A stretch of 63,936 bases of DNA, the filler included, from Octopus bimaculoides (taxonomy: Eukaryota), in NCBI RefSeq assembly GCF_001194135.2. It is 8 parts of 7 records of this genome, joined end to end, with 100 filler letters (N's around TTAATTAATTAA, not from the genome) between each part and the next. Parts side by side here need not be neighbours in the genome. Positions count along the whole stretch, not along the records: positions 18,740 to 31,249 come from NC_068987.1; positions 31,350 to 34,223 come from NW_026405587.1; positions 34,324 to 47,822 come from NC_068990.1; 5 more parts are not named here. One strand, 5' to 3'. Shown one piece after another: positions 25,521 through 37,898 of the stretch (within the stretch, counting starts at the first letter, position 1; each line of letters starts with the position of its first letter). A program made the translations under genes and the position numbers. Below the pieces are notes generated by a model, which did not search any database, had not been told where the DNA came from, and saw only the letters and a list, made by a program, of their open reading frames with translations.

Positions 25521-25631
25521 AAAATGAGTTTATAGTTTGTATTTTGGAGCCGAATCTTTAGAAATTACAACTGCCAGTTTTACGGTTTCGATCCTCAGAT
25601 AAGTGAGGAATCGCGCGCGGTTACTTTATAC

Positions 25632-25878
25632 CAGCAGTTCTCAACCATTTAAAAGAATTATGGACCCCTTAGGTTCCTCTTTACTTAAATGGACCCCATC
25701 AGCCATTCGATGTTTAAAAAATCCCATTATATATTTATAATTAAATATTATTTGGAACTGTATTAAAAAAATTCTAACACATTTTGTGCATTGTAGAACC
25801 AATCTATTACACATAAATTTTAACAAATATCTTATATGGACCCCGAAGGATCTTATGGACCCTAGTTGAGAACCATTG
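25632..25878. mobile_element. hAT-like MITE (~247 bp)
   Basis: TIRs CAGCAGTTCTCAAC / GTTGAGAACCATTG; imperfect 8-bp TSD CTTTATAC / ATCTATAC; internal GGACCCC motifs. Confidence 0.78.
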
Positions 25879-26597
25879 ATCTATACAATAGATTCATCGA
25901 AAGAAATATTGCTAAATAATGACAAAAAAATGACAAAGTCGCAAATATTAAATAAATAAATAAATGAAAGAAAGTGTAGGGTTGAGTATGTTATGGCTAC
26001 ATAAATCGTGAATAGAAATGCGTGGAACTGTGACCTTCGATGTAACTACGTACAGATTTTTTTCTCATTTTGCGAACGGAGGATGCTACACTTTACTTCC
26101 GCTTAAAGTAATTCGTGTTTATGAAAGAGGTGATGAAAATTGAATATAAACAATATTGTTACATGCATACATACACACATACATTCATACACGCACACAG
26201 AAAGTACACACACACACATACACACATACACACACATATATATACACATACACATATACATATATACACACACAAGCATGTAAACACACATACAAACGAA
26301 CACACATACAAATATACATACCTATCCAAACATACGTGAGTGTGCGTATGTGCGTGTGTATAGATTGGGTGAGAGAGAAAAAGAAGTAAGGAGAGAATGG
26401 TAAGCATTGCAGGGAGAATGTAAATGAGAATAAGCATTTGATGAGAATAAAAATCTCATATCTGCTTCGGACAGATGAATGGAGAGATTCTTTAAGAATC
26501 ATATCTTTAGAAAAATGTTTGTAAAATCGAGTTTCTTTTTCATATACGAAAAACATCACAGGTTACTGGAGAAAATGTTTATCGGTATTTAAATACT

Positions 26598-26854
26598 TAT
26601 GAGGCCTTGTGGGTTTGTGTCTAGGACGTTGCACGCTTGATCGAAAGATTGCGGTTTCGATTCGTTGACCGGTTAATGTGCTGTGTTCTTGAGCAAAACA
26701 CTTCATTTCCCATTGCACCAGTGTACTCAACTGGCAAAAACGAATAATCCTACAACAGACCAGTGTCCAGTCAAGATGAGGAATATATACACCACAGAAT
26801 CCGGGAAACCGGCCTTATGAGAATAGGGTCCGGGAAGGATATTTGATCCTTTTG
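26598..26854 (+). mobile_element. SINE family D, diverged
   Basis: GCGGTTTCGATTC...GTGTTCTTGAGCAAAACACTTCATTTC...GGGAAACCGGCCTTATGAG. Confidence 0.8.
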
Positions 26855-26856
26855 TA

Positions 26857-27396
26857 TCAGGTCATCCCATAAGTCCTGTCCGAATTTTGAATAACCCACT
26901 GTTTACGACGTTTAAGATTTCGATACAACCATTTTTCGTCACCAGTCACAAGTCTATCCAAAATGGGTGAAATGAGTTCGCGAAAATGGAGAGAAGAGCA
27001 GATGTCAACTCGGGACTTGCGGTTGCTTTCGGACACTTCATGAGGCACCCATTTTCCAAGTTTAGGAACCTTTCCAAGTTGTTGAAAATGACGATGAATA
27101 GTTGTATGGTTTGAACTAAGCTTTATTGCCAATTCTTCAACTGATAATGCAAGATTTTCTTCAAGTAATGCCTCAAGGAGCTTATCATCAAACTCAACTG
27201 GACGTCCTGTTCGATCTTCATCTTCAAGGCTGAAATCTCCACTTCTGAATTTTGCAAACCATGTTCTGCCATTTCTTTCATTCAAGCATTCTTTCCCATA
27301 AATTGAGTTTATATTTAGAGTCGCTTCGGCTGCAGAGTTTCCTTTTTTGTACTCACAAAGCATTATGTGCCTCAAATGCTCTTTGGATACTTCCAT
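26857..27396 (-). CDS. Truncated mariner transposase (179 aa from ATG): DNA-binding domain, WVPHE linker and first catalytic Asp
   Basis: MEVSKEHLRHIMLCEYKKG...WFAKFRSGDFSLEDEDRTGRP...KLGKWVPHEV...LVTGDEKW. After RKQW the frame runs into the TIR and stops, so the second and third Asp are absent. Confidence 0.9.
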   Translation of the reverse strand: MEVSKEHLRHIMLCEYKKGNSAAEATLNINSIYGKECLNERNGRTWFAKFRSGDFSLEDEDRTGRPVEFDDKLLEALLEENLALSVEELAIKLSSNHTTIHRHFQQLGKVPKLGKWVPHEVSESNRKSRVDICSSLHFRELISPILDRLVTGDEKWLYRNLKRRKQWVIQNSDRTYGMT

Positions 27397-27580
27397 GTTA
27401 GAAAGGGTTTTAATCAAAGAAATTTTAATTCTATTATTCTGTAAGATAATATTTAATTAGTTTAAATGTACACAAATGCATAAAAATAATTTTTAATTCC
27501 ATTAGAGTTTCTAAAATACTATTAAATTTCATTCAATTTTAAAAAAGGTAAAATCGGACAGAACTTAAGGGATGACCTGA
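26857..27580 (-). mobile_element. Internally deleted mariner transposon (724 bp) with both TIRs and TA TSD
   Basis: TA|TCAGGTCATCCCATAAGTCCTGTCCGA ... TCGGACAGAACTTAAGGGATGACCTGA|TA; encloses the mariner ORF. Confidence 0.97.
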
Positions 27581-27586
27581 TATATA

Positions 27587-27904
27587 TGGCACTTCGTCGA
27601 TTACAACGACGAGGATTCCAGCCGATCATCAGAAGATCCAGTGCGTGAAATTAACGTGCAAGTGACTGAGCACTCCACAGACACACGTACCCATAATGTA
27701 GTTCTCGGGGAGATTTAGCATGACACAAAATATGACAAGGCAGACCATTTGACATACACGTACTACTCAGTTTTGCCATCTAAGTGAACTGCAGCAACAT
27801 GAAATAAAGTGTTTTGCTCAAGGACACAATTCGTCGCCGGGATTCGAACTCACGACCTTATGCTCGAGAGCCGATTAGTCAAACCACTAAACCACGCGCC
27901 TTCA
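27587..27904 (-). mobile_element. SINE family C variant, near full length
   Basis: Head GAAGGCGCGTGGTTTAGTGG...GAGTTCGAATCCCGG; body GTGTCTGTGGAGTGCTCAGTCACTTGCACG; tail stem-loop. Confidence 0.88.
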
Positions 27905-28645
27905 TATATACGTATATGTATATGTATGTATATATATGTGAGTGTGTGTGTGTGTGTGTCTGTATGTATGTATGTATGTATATATATATATATATATATA
28001 TNNNNNNNNNNNNNNNNNNNNNNNNNNNNNNNNNNNNNNNNNNNNNNNNNNNNNNNNNNNNNNNNNNNNNNNNNNNNNNNNNNNNNNNNNNNNNNNNNNN
28101 NNNNNNNNNNNNNNNNNNNNNNNNNNNNNNNNNNNNNNNNNNNNNNNNNNNNNNNNNNNNNNNNNNNNNNNNNNNNNNNNNNNNNNNNNNNNNNNNNNNN
28201 NNNNNNNNNNNNNNNNNNNNNNNNNNNNNNNNNNNNNNNNNNNNNNNNNNNNNNNNNNNNNNNNNNNNNNNNNNNNNNNNNNNNNNNNNNNNNNNNNNNN
28301 NNNNNNNNNNNNNNNNNNNNNNNNNNNNNNNNNNNNNNNNNNNNNNNNNNNNNNNNNNNNNNNNNNNNNNNNNNNNNNNNNNNNNNNNNNNNNNNNNNNN
28401 NNNNNNNNNNNNNNNNNNNNNNNNNNNNNNNNNNNNNNNNNNNNNNNNNNNNNNNNNNNNNNNNNNNNNNNNNNNNNNNNNNNNNNNNNNNNNNNNNNNN
28501 NNNNNNNNNNNNNNNNNNNNNNNNNNNNNNNNNNNNNNNNNNNNNNNNNNNNNNNNNNNNNNNNNNNNNNNNNNNNNNNNNNNNNNNNNNNNNNNNNNNN
28601 NNNNNNNNNNNNNNNNNNNNNNNNNNNNNNNNNNNNNNNNNNNNN

Positions 28646-28948
28646 GCAAGTGGCTGAGCACTCCACAGACACGTGTACCCTTAACGTAGTTCTCGGGGAT
28701 ATTCAGCGTGACACAGTGTGACAAGGCTGACCCTTTGAATTACAGGCACAACAGAAACAGGAAGTAAGAGTGAGAGAAAGTTGTGGTGGAAGAGTACAGC
28801 AGGGTTCGCCACCATCCCCTGCCGGAGCCTCGTGGAACTTTAGGTGTTTTCGCTCAATAAACGCTCACAACGCCCGGTCTGGGAATCGAAACCGCGATCC
28901 TATGACCGCGAGTCCGCTGCCCTAACCACTGGGCCATTGCGCCTCCAC
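28646..28948 (-). mobile_element. SINE family C, young copy (3' end lost in N gap)
   Basis: Head GTGGAGGCGCAATGGCCCAGTGGTTAGGGCAGCGGACTCGCGG...GGTTTCGATTCCCAG with A and B boxes. Confidence 0.93.
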
Positions 28949-29142
28949 TATCTCGGGACTAATACCACAAGAACTTGTCTGTTAACGATGTATATGCATT
29001 AAAGACGATACATAGATGACTGTTTACAATTTTAATACTGTTTCAAATTTTACGGAATGGGAGCACAAAGCAGTGATGTGTACAAATGCAATGTTATAAA
29101 CAGTTCGAATATGCCAGTGACACGTTCGGACTTGTAAACAAG

Positions 29143-29187
29143 TGCGAGATAAAGCATTTCGGAGTTGTTATCCCCTCTTCAGTCACA
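29143..29187 (-). ncRNA. Minimal type-I hammerhead ribozyme motif (Penelope-type)
   Basis: Minus strand TGTGA-CTGAAGA-GGGG(ATAACAA)CTCC-GAAA-T(GCTTT)A-TC|TCGCA: helix I 5 bp, intact CUGANGA and GAAA core, helix II 4 bp, 2-bp helix III, AUC cleavage triplet. Confidence 0.75.
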
Positions 29188-29344
29188 ATCTTTATTCAGC
29201 TGGGCGGTTATTCATAATACCAACGAAGGTTTTATTTATTGTTCCTTATATCGGAGAATCTGACTATAAGGACGCTTTTTGATACATAGTGTACTGTCAA
29301 ATGTCATAGGCATAGAAAATGTAGTTAAGAAATTCGAGTGACAA

Positions 29345-29712
29345 CCATGTAGTTTCGTGTTCACTCTCTATGAGTAGCGCACTTTGGTAACTGACTCTGT
29401 AGCTTCGTACCAATGCCTCGTGAGTGAATTGTGTGGAAAGAAACTGTGCGGAGGCCGGTCATATATATATGTGTGTATGTGTATTTATGTGTTTGTGTTT
29501 GTGTGTGAGTTTGTCTTTTATGGTTGCCTCACACCGCTTGACAACCGATCTTGGTTTATTTACATGGCCATGACATAGCGGTTCGTGAAAAACAGAATAA
29601 TGTGATAAGTACCAGACTGAAAAACAACAAGCAATTATCACAATTTAATCGATTGAACTCTTCAGTGAGGGGCTCCTGCATGGTCGCGAAACAGCGACTG
29701 AAAAAATAAAAA
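29345..29712 (+). mobile_element. SINE family A, diverged, near full length
   Basis: GCCTCGTGAGTG...(TG)n...CGCTTGACAACCGAT...GCATGGTCGCG...GACTGAAAAAATAA. Confidence 0.8.
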
Positions 29713-30513
29713 AAAATAAGAAGAGACGACTATTACAATAAATGCCTCATTTGGTTTTTCTTAAGAGTGCGAAGTGATATTTAAATAAAATTTGGCTGAT
29801 ATCTCTAGCAAATCGAGCGACCTCGTATAGACAAATTCCACGACCCGAATTTTTAATGCTGTTTAAGTTTATTGCAAATGAAATTTCAGTGAGAACTCAG
29901 ACCCAGATTTACTTTCATTCCCAGACGGGAAAGTAAAACACGAACGAAGGAAGTTTTACATTCTGGTAAGTAAACAACCTCCGAGCGGTTTATAAATATG
30001 TTTTCATTTTTAATTTGAATAAAGCTATAATCCCAAAACATATATATACTCTAGATACAAATGCCTACACTCCTCTCTCGCTAATAATCAGTTTCTCTTC
30101 TTCACTCTCTTATTCCCTCGTTCTTTCTCTTCCTCTTAACCTCCTCACTTCTATGTCTCTCATTGTATGTATGAATGTATGTTGGCATGTATGTATGCAT
30201 GTTTTTATGTATGTATATGTAAATACATGTATATATATATATATATATATATNNNNNNNNNNNNNNNNNNNNNNNNNNNNNNNNNNNNNNNNNNNNNNNN
30301 NNNNNNNNNNNNNNNNNNNNNNNNNNNNNNNNNNNNNNNNNNNNNNNNNNNNNNNNNNNNNNNNNNNNNNNNNNNNNNNNNNNNNNNNNNNNNNNNNNNN
30401 NNNNNNNNNNNNNNNNNNNNNNNNNNNNNNNNNNNNNNNNNNNNNNNNNNNNNNNNNNNNNNNNNNNNNNNNNNNNNNNNNNNNNNNNNNNNNNNNNNNN
30501 NNNNNNNNNNNNN

Positions 30514-30563
<50 letters not shown>

Positions 30564-30656
30564 GCATATATGTGTGTGTATATATATATATATGTACACA
30601 TATATGTGTGTATATGTATATCTAAACACACACACACATATACATACATACATGCA

Positions 30657-30690
<34 letters not shown>

Positions 30691-31186
30691 CATACATACA
30701 TACATACATACATACATGCGTAAGCATATATATATGTATGTATGTATATATCGTGGAATATTTAAAGTTGATGACTTTTCCATTGCTGCAAAATTCTTGC
30801 CAGACAAACGAAGACATGTTTAAAATACTAACACCATTTTTCTTGCTTTCAGTTCTTCAATAAATTGTGTTGTATGATTCTTCTTGTTTCTATTTGCTTT
30901 CACCCGATAGATGAATCAATTTTTATTCTCCTTGTACTGTAAAATGTCGTGTTAAACTTGTTTTGGCGACGGCATTTTGAGATTATCTTCGTCTTTTACA
31001 TTTAAACTATGATTATGTTATGATAATTATCGGATTTCTCTGGTGTATTTGGCTATTTGTAACTCTGCTCCGTTTATGTAGGGCATACTGTATTTCCTGA
31101 GTATCCAATTGCTTATTAAAGAATCAACGTGTCGCTCCTTTCAGTGTCACACACACACACAAACACACACACACACACACACGCAT

Positions 31187-31228
<42 letters not shown>

Positions 31229-31882
31229 GCACACGCGCACACACACACANNNNNNNNNNNNNNNNNNNNNNNNNNNNNNNNNNNNNNNNNNNNTTAATTA
31301 ATTAANNNNNNNNNNNNNNNNNNNNNNNNNNNNNNNNNNNNNNNNNNNNGCACACACAAAAACTCAAACAATATACTTCAGCAGTTGAATGTTCGTGTGA
31401 GTTGCGTTGGAACAAAAGGCTAGCGTTCATTGATGGTCTTAAAACAGACACGAACACGCGTCCATCCACACAAACGCACAGATTCACGTGCAGAAACCCT
31501 CTGACGATAGGTCTTCGCACATACACGCAGACAGCCAACCCCCAGCCTAAACATCGAAACAAAAGCCTCCTCTACAAAGGCTACCTGTAGCTTCACAAGT
31601 TTTTCTAGGTTGGTAACTTTTGCTTTCGCTAATTGTTCTATTTTCATTGTAAGAAGAAGAAAGGTAGTTAAACGAAGACGAGGTCGGCTTGTTGTTTTGA
31701 TGGTGGTAGGGATGGGCAGGCGAGTGAGAGAGCAGGCGAGCGAGCGGGCAGGCAAGGAGACTTGGTGAATCGAGAAAGAGAGAGTTAAGAGTGAACGGTA
31801 AACACACGCTCGTTGAAAATTGAGAAATTTTGCAGTCTCACTTAATGTCACAAGAGCATATACTTACACGTGAATACACACA

Positions 31883-31923
<41 letters not shown>

Positions 31924-32381
31924 ATATATGGGCGTATAATATGAATTGATAGGTATGTATGTGTTTATGCATACGAATGTTGTAGATTAATGCTTGAACG
32001 CTTTCAAAGTTTGAAAGACAAGAGCGGACCGACCCACAGACTTATAAAGGTGATCCGCGTTTGCCCCTTCTCTCTCCCTCCCTTTCGCCTTCTCTCTCAC
32101 ACACACATACACACACAAACACACACACAAACAAACGTACTCACACATACACACACACACAAAAGCACTCACAAACTCACACACAAACATACGCACAAAC
32201 ACACACACACACACGAATACACACACACATGCATACACAAACACAAACACACACACAAACACACATAAACACAGACACAAAAGCACACACAAACACACAC
32301 GAATCCACACACGTAGAAACAACTACACACACACTCACAAATACAAAAACACACACAAACACACACAAAGACGCACACACA

Positions 32382-32425
<44 letters not shown>

Positions 32426-33413
32426 NNNNNNNNNNNNNNNNNNNNNNNNNNNNNNNNNNNNNNNNNNNNNNNNNNNNNNNNNNNNNNNNNNNNNNNNNNN
32501 NNNNNNNNNNNNNNNNNNNNNNNNNNNNNNNNNNNNNNNNNNNNNNNNNNNNNNNNNNNNNNNNNNNNNNNNNNNNNNNNNNNNNNNNNNNNNNNNNNNN
32601 NNNNNNNNNNNNNNNNNNNNNNNNNNNNNNNNNNNNNNNNNNNNNNNNNNNNNNNNNNNNNNNNNNNNNNNNNNNNNNNNNNNNNNNNNNNNNNNNNNNN
32701 NNNNNNNNNNNNNNNNNNNNNNNNNNNNNNNNNNNNNNNNNNNNNNNNNNNNNNNNNNNNNNNNNNNNNNNNNNNNNNNNNNNNNNNNNNNNNNNNNNNN
32801 NNNNNNNNNNNNNNNNNNNNNNNNNNNNNNNNNNNNNNNNNNNNNNNNNNNNNNNNNNNNNNNNNNNNNNNNNNNNNNNNNNNNNNNNNNNNNNNNNNNN
32901 NNNNNNNNNNNNNNNNNNNNNNNNNNNNNNNNNNNNNNNNNNNNNNNNNNNNNNNNNNNNNNNNNNNNNNNNNNNNNNNNNNNNNNNNNNNNNNNNNNNN
33001 NNNNNNNNNNNNNNNNNNNNNNNNNNNNNNNNNNNNNNNNNNNNNNNNNNNNNNNNNNNNNNNNNNNNNNNNNNNNNNNNNNNNNNNNNNNNNNNNNNNN
33101 NNNNNNNNNNNNNNNNNNNNNNNNNNNNNNNNNNNNNNNNNNNNNNNNNNNNNNNNNNNNNNNNNNNNNNNNNNNNNNNNNNNNNNNNNNNNNNNNNNNN
33201 NNNNNNNNNNNNNNNNNNNNNNNNNNNNNNNNNNNNNNNNNNNNNNNNNNNNNNNNNNNNNNNNNNNNNNNNNNNNNNNNNNNNNNNNNNNNNNNNNNNN
33301 NNNNNNNNNNNNNNNNNNNNNNNNNNNNNNNNNNNNNNNNNNNNNNNNNNNNNNNNNNNNNNNNNNNNNNNNNNNNNNNNNNNNNNNNNNNNNNNNNNNN
33401 NNNTATATATACA

Positions 33414-33453
33414 CACATATTTATATAAACATATATACACATACATCATAAAT

Positions 33454-33486
<33 letters not shown>

Positions 33487-33530
33487 CACACATATTTATA
33501 TAAACATATATATACACACACATCATAAAT

Positions 33531-33569
<39 letters not shown>

Positions 33570-33613
33570 CACACATATTTATATAAACATATATACACAC
33601 ATACATCATAAAT

Positions 33614-33650
<37 letters not shown>

Positions 33651-33694
33651 CACACACATATTTATATAAACATATATATACACATACATCATAA

Positions 33695-33735
<41 letters not shown>

Positions 33736-33795
33736 CACACACATATTTATATAAACATATATATATACACATACATCATAAATACACACACACAC
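33414..33795. repeat. Compound minisatellite, ~75-85-bp unit, at least 5 copies
   Basis: Unit ATTTATATAAACATATATA..CACACATACATCATAAATA(CA)n(TA)nCACACAT starting near 33419, 33493, 33577, 33660 and 33744; abuts a ~1-kb gap. Confidence 0.9.
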
Positions 33796-33954
33796 GCATG
33801 CGCACACATACACACACACGCACATGCGCGCACAGGGACAGGCGCATGCTTCGCGGGCACCTAAATATAAATACACCTACATACGTACACGTGTGTCCGT
33901 ATATATCTGTACACACACATGCACACTAACCATTAAGAAAACCCCTCCCGTGGT

Positions 33955-34223
33955 AGCACTACCACCAATACAACCACTGCGACCACTATACTCACAGCAC
34001 CAACCACACCACCACGACCACCACCCTAACCGCTAACAACATCGCCACCACTACCACTACAACTGCTACCACCACCACCACCACCACCACTATCACCATC
34101 ACCGTAATCACTACTACCACAACTACCACCACCCTAACCACACAGAATGCCACCACCACTATTACTACCACCACCACTACCATCACAACCACCACCACCA
34201 CCGCAACTGCAGCCACTACCACC
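33955..34223. repeat. Imperfect (ACC)n/(ACT)n trinucleotide repeat
   Basis: Direct reading. Confidence 0.9.
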
Positions 34224-34325
34224 NNNNNNNNNNNNNNNNNNNNNNNNNNNNNNNNNNNNNNNNNNNNTTAATTAATTAANNNNNNNNNNNNNNNNNNNNN
34301 NNNNNNNNNNNNNNNNNNNNNNNTG

Positions 34326-34358
<33 letters not shown>

Positions 34359-34375
34359 GTATGTATATATGTATG

Positions 34376-34447
<72 letters not shown>

Positions 34448-35030
34448 CATACATGGCCTCACATGGATTTGATGTACTGTACATGAGGTCAAAGACCTCA
34501 TACAGGGTATGTTAAATAGAAACATACATACATACATACCTGCATACACAGGCGTACATGCTCACACACACACACACTGTGCAATTCATACCGGAGTAAA
34601 AAATAGAAGAAAACATCTTTTTACCATGTAGAAATTCACTGATATGATCGCAATTGTTAATGATATTTATCAACATCATCATTACTGCCATCATATATAT
34701 TTACATGCATTAAAAACACATCTGTGTTGAAGATTAATCTTACTTTGTATTATGGATTTTTCATATTTCCTTATTAGTCCTGTATCAATAAATTTCAACA
34801 ATAGCATATCTAAGTCCATTACCATATGAAGACTAAGAAGGAAATGTGAAAATTCCTTTAAAAAGCAAAGAAAAAAATATTAAACTTCTATGCAGTTGTG
34901 TCTTTGATACAAGGTCAAAAGAAAACCGACCCCTTTACCCACCCCTGTCTCTCACATATAATTCACACATGCACACATATACAAATACTTCAGCATATGC
35001 ACACATGCATATATAATTTAATCTAATTTG

Positions 35031-35094
<64 letters not shown>

Positions 35095-35345
35095 NNNNNN
35101 NNNNNNNNNNNNNNNNNNNNNNNNNNNNNNNNNNNNNNNNNNNNNNNNNNNNNNNNNNNNNNNNNNNNNNNNNNNNNNNNNNNNNNNNNNNNNNNNNNNN
35201 NNNNNNNNNNNNNNNNNNNNNNNNNNNNNNNNNNNNNNNNNNNNNNNNNNNNNNNNNNNNNNNNNNNNNNNNNNNNNNNNNNNNNNNNNNNNNNNNNNNN
35301 NNNNNNNNNNNNNNNNNNNNNNNNNNNNNNNNNNNNNNNNNNNNN

Positions 35346-35410
<65 letters not shown>

Positions 35411-36144
35411 GTATATATATATGTATGTATGTATGTATGTATACACACAGAGAAAGATAGAGACAGACAGTGATATTGTTTGAAGTGGTGTACAGATTTT
35501 ATATATTAAGAGAAAGGAGATAGACAGAATTTTGGATAATTATTCATTTAGTCTTCATCAGTCTTTGAGAGATTCATTATGAATGATTTACTCACAGGTA
35601 ATTCGCACCTTTTATATAAATATGTGAGTTTTTTGAAGAAATTTGGAGATGAATTAGGAAGAGAATGTTCTCTGTTATCTTGAATCTAGATATGTGTGTT
35701 GATTTTGGAGGATTGGTTAGAGGGAAAAAAGAAAGAAAAAAGGACAAGCAGAATGGAAGAAAGATAAATAAGGAAAGAAAAAAGAACGATAAAAGAATGA
35801 AAGAAAGAAAGGGGTCTTTTCTGAGATGGTTGAAATTGCATTGTATTTTTGGTCAGTTGTCATGCTACAAAGCTGTACAAAAGTTTATTTTTTCTGAAAC
35901 GGTTGAAACTAAGGATAGTTCAAGAAGTCAGTTTTCTTTTATTAATTATTGCAGTTTTTGTCAGGTGTCATGTTATCTCACTGTAGAAAATAGAACCTAT
36001 CAAATAGTTTTGGAAGGGATATAAATGTGTGTGTGTATTAAAGTGTATATGTGTGTTGGCTGCTTAACCCTTTCATTACCATATTTATTCTGAGACGCTC
36101 TGTGTTTCTTTCAATTAATTTTAAATATAACAAGGAATTTAGTG

Positions 36145-36300
36145 TAATTGGGGTGGTTGGTGTTAGGTAGGGCATCCAGCTGTAGAAACTCTGCCAGATC
36201 AGATTGGAGCCTGGTGCAGCCTTTCGGTTCATAGTCCTCAGTCAAATCGTCCAACCCACGTTAGCATGGAAAGCGGACATTAAACGATGATGATGATGAA
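36145..36300 (+). mobile_element. SINE family E, 3' part, with (GAT)n tail
   Basis: GGGCATCCAGCTGTAGAAACTCTGCCAGATCAGATTGGAGCCTGG...GCATGGAAAGCGGACATTAAACGATGATGATG; nearly identical to 62930-63057. Confidence 0.9.
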
Positions 36301-36844
36301 GAGGAGGATTAAGCTAGTGTCAGGAACATAAATTGTGAGTAAACTCTGAAGACAAGACATTTTCCAGTTATTTTAGTAACAGTGATGAGTACATTATTAA
36401 TACTATCCAGTAGCAATCTGATTTGGTTCATATGGGATGCTTATTTTTTAAATAAGAATTTCTAATGTGTTCATAAATATATATATATTTTTTCTGTTCT
36501 TCATGTAATTTAGAAAAAAATCTTTTTGGTATGTAGTTTCATTGCCTTTCACTACTTTGGGTCATTCCTTAGGCATTTGTAGGAGAGAAAAATCTTAAAT
36601 CTACTGTTTCCACATACTTCCAGATGCTTACTTAGTGGAACCATTTGATCACTTTGCATATCACATTCATCAAATGTATTTTCCTATAATAACCACTGTA
36701 AGTGGGCTAATACCATCTATTTCTCTGCATCCAATCTATATCTAACAAGATTTCCTCATGCTTCATCTTCCAAATATCCACCCATCACATCAGTCTTTTA
36801 ACTATGGTACTAGTTAACTATGGCACTATTCAGCTGTTAGTAAA

Positions 36845-37128
36845 AGCTTGTGTTTCAGTGGTGAGAGCATCAGGCTTACAATCATGAGGTTGTCAGTTGA
36901 ATTTGTGAACCAGGTTGTTTGTTGTGTTCTTGAGCAAGACACTTTGTTTCATGTTTCTACAGTATCACCTTTTGTCTTTCTCTTGGACAACATCAGTAGC
37001 ATGGAGAGGTGAAACTGTTAGGCATGTGCAACTGCTGGTCTTTCACAAACAACCTTGCGTGGACTTGTGCCTCAGAGGGGAACTTTCTGGGTGAAGATCC
37101 ATGGTCACTCATGATCAAAGGGGGTCTT
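36845..37128 (+). mobile_element. SINE family F, CpG-decayed
   Basis: Reverse-complement homologue of 10408-10712, ending AAAGGGGGTCTTT. Confidence 0.75.
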
Positions 37129-37415
37129 TCAAACAAAAAAAAATCCCACTGCTATACTTGTATGAGTCGAACTGCACACATCCCATTCCCTTTCATGGAA
37201 TCAACTACCGCTCTCTCTGGAACCGATTCTTTTAGCATCACTCATTCTCAATACCACACTTTGTTTTCTACTGGTCATCCATTCCTGTGCCACGAGTTAT
37301 TTCTGTGGTTCCCTTCTGTTAACACAATGCTCTGTTCAGACACTTGCCTAAGATGCAGCACAGTGAAACTCAACCCGAGACGATATGGCTAGTGAACAAG
37401 CTTCTTAACAACATA

Positions 37416-37898
37416 CAGTCGTGGCCAAAAGTTTGAAACATTTTTTTGAATATTAAAATTGTTATGCCCAAGTACAATTTGATGCAAATATCTACAACAT
37501 AGAGATATATTTACCTAATAACTGATTCAATGGCTCAATATCTTCAAGAAAAAATAGGCAAAATCAAAAATATAGTTCTAGACCAAATTGCTTACTTTTA
37601 ATATCACTTTGGGCATTTAACATAAACATTCTAAGGTGGTGAGCTGGCAGAAACGTTAGCATGATGGGCAAAATGCTTATTGGTATATTGTTTGTCTTTA
37701 TGTTCTGAGTTCAAATTCCACCAAGGTTGATCTTGCCTTTCATTCTTTCAGAGTCGATAAATTAAGTACCAGTTGCGTACTGGAGTCGATCTAATTGACT
37801 GGTTCCCTCCCCAAAAATTTCAGACCTTATGTCTAGAGTAGAAAAGAACATAAAAATTCTAATTTTCAGACCTATGTTCCAAGTTTTGGCCACAACTG
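37416..37898. mobile_element. Tc1-like MITE with TA TSD, interrupted by a SINE B insertion
   Basis: TA|CAGTCGTGGCCAAAAGTTTGAAAC ... GTTCCAAGTTTTGGCCACAACTG|TA. Confidence 0.88.
37633..37846 (+). mobile_element. SINE family B nested in the Tc1-like MITE, CpG-decayed
   Basis: TSD AACATAAACATTCTAA (37619-37634) / AACATAAAAATTCTAA (37847-37862). Confidence 0.92.

Noticed and set aside
28880-28948. tRNA-like sequence with A and B boxes (also heads at 6200-6264, 4320-4385, 62483-62550)
   Set aside because: These are SINE heads continuing into repeat bodies, with no complete cloverleaf or acceptor stem.
33992-34222. Poly-Val / Thr-rich mucin-like ORF
   Set aside because: (ACC)n repeat next to an assembly spacer.
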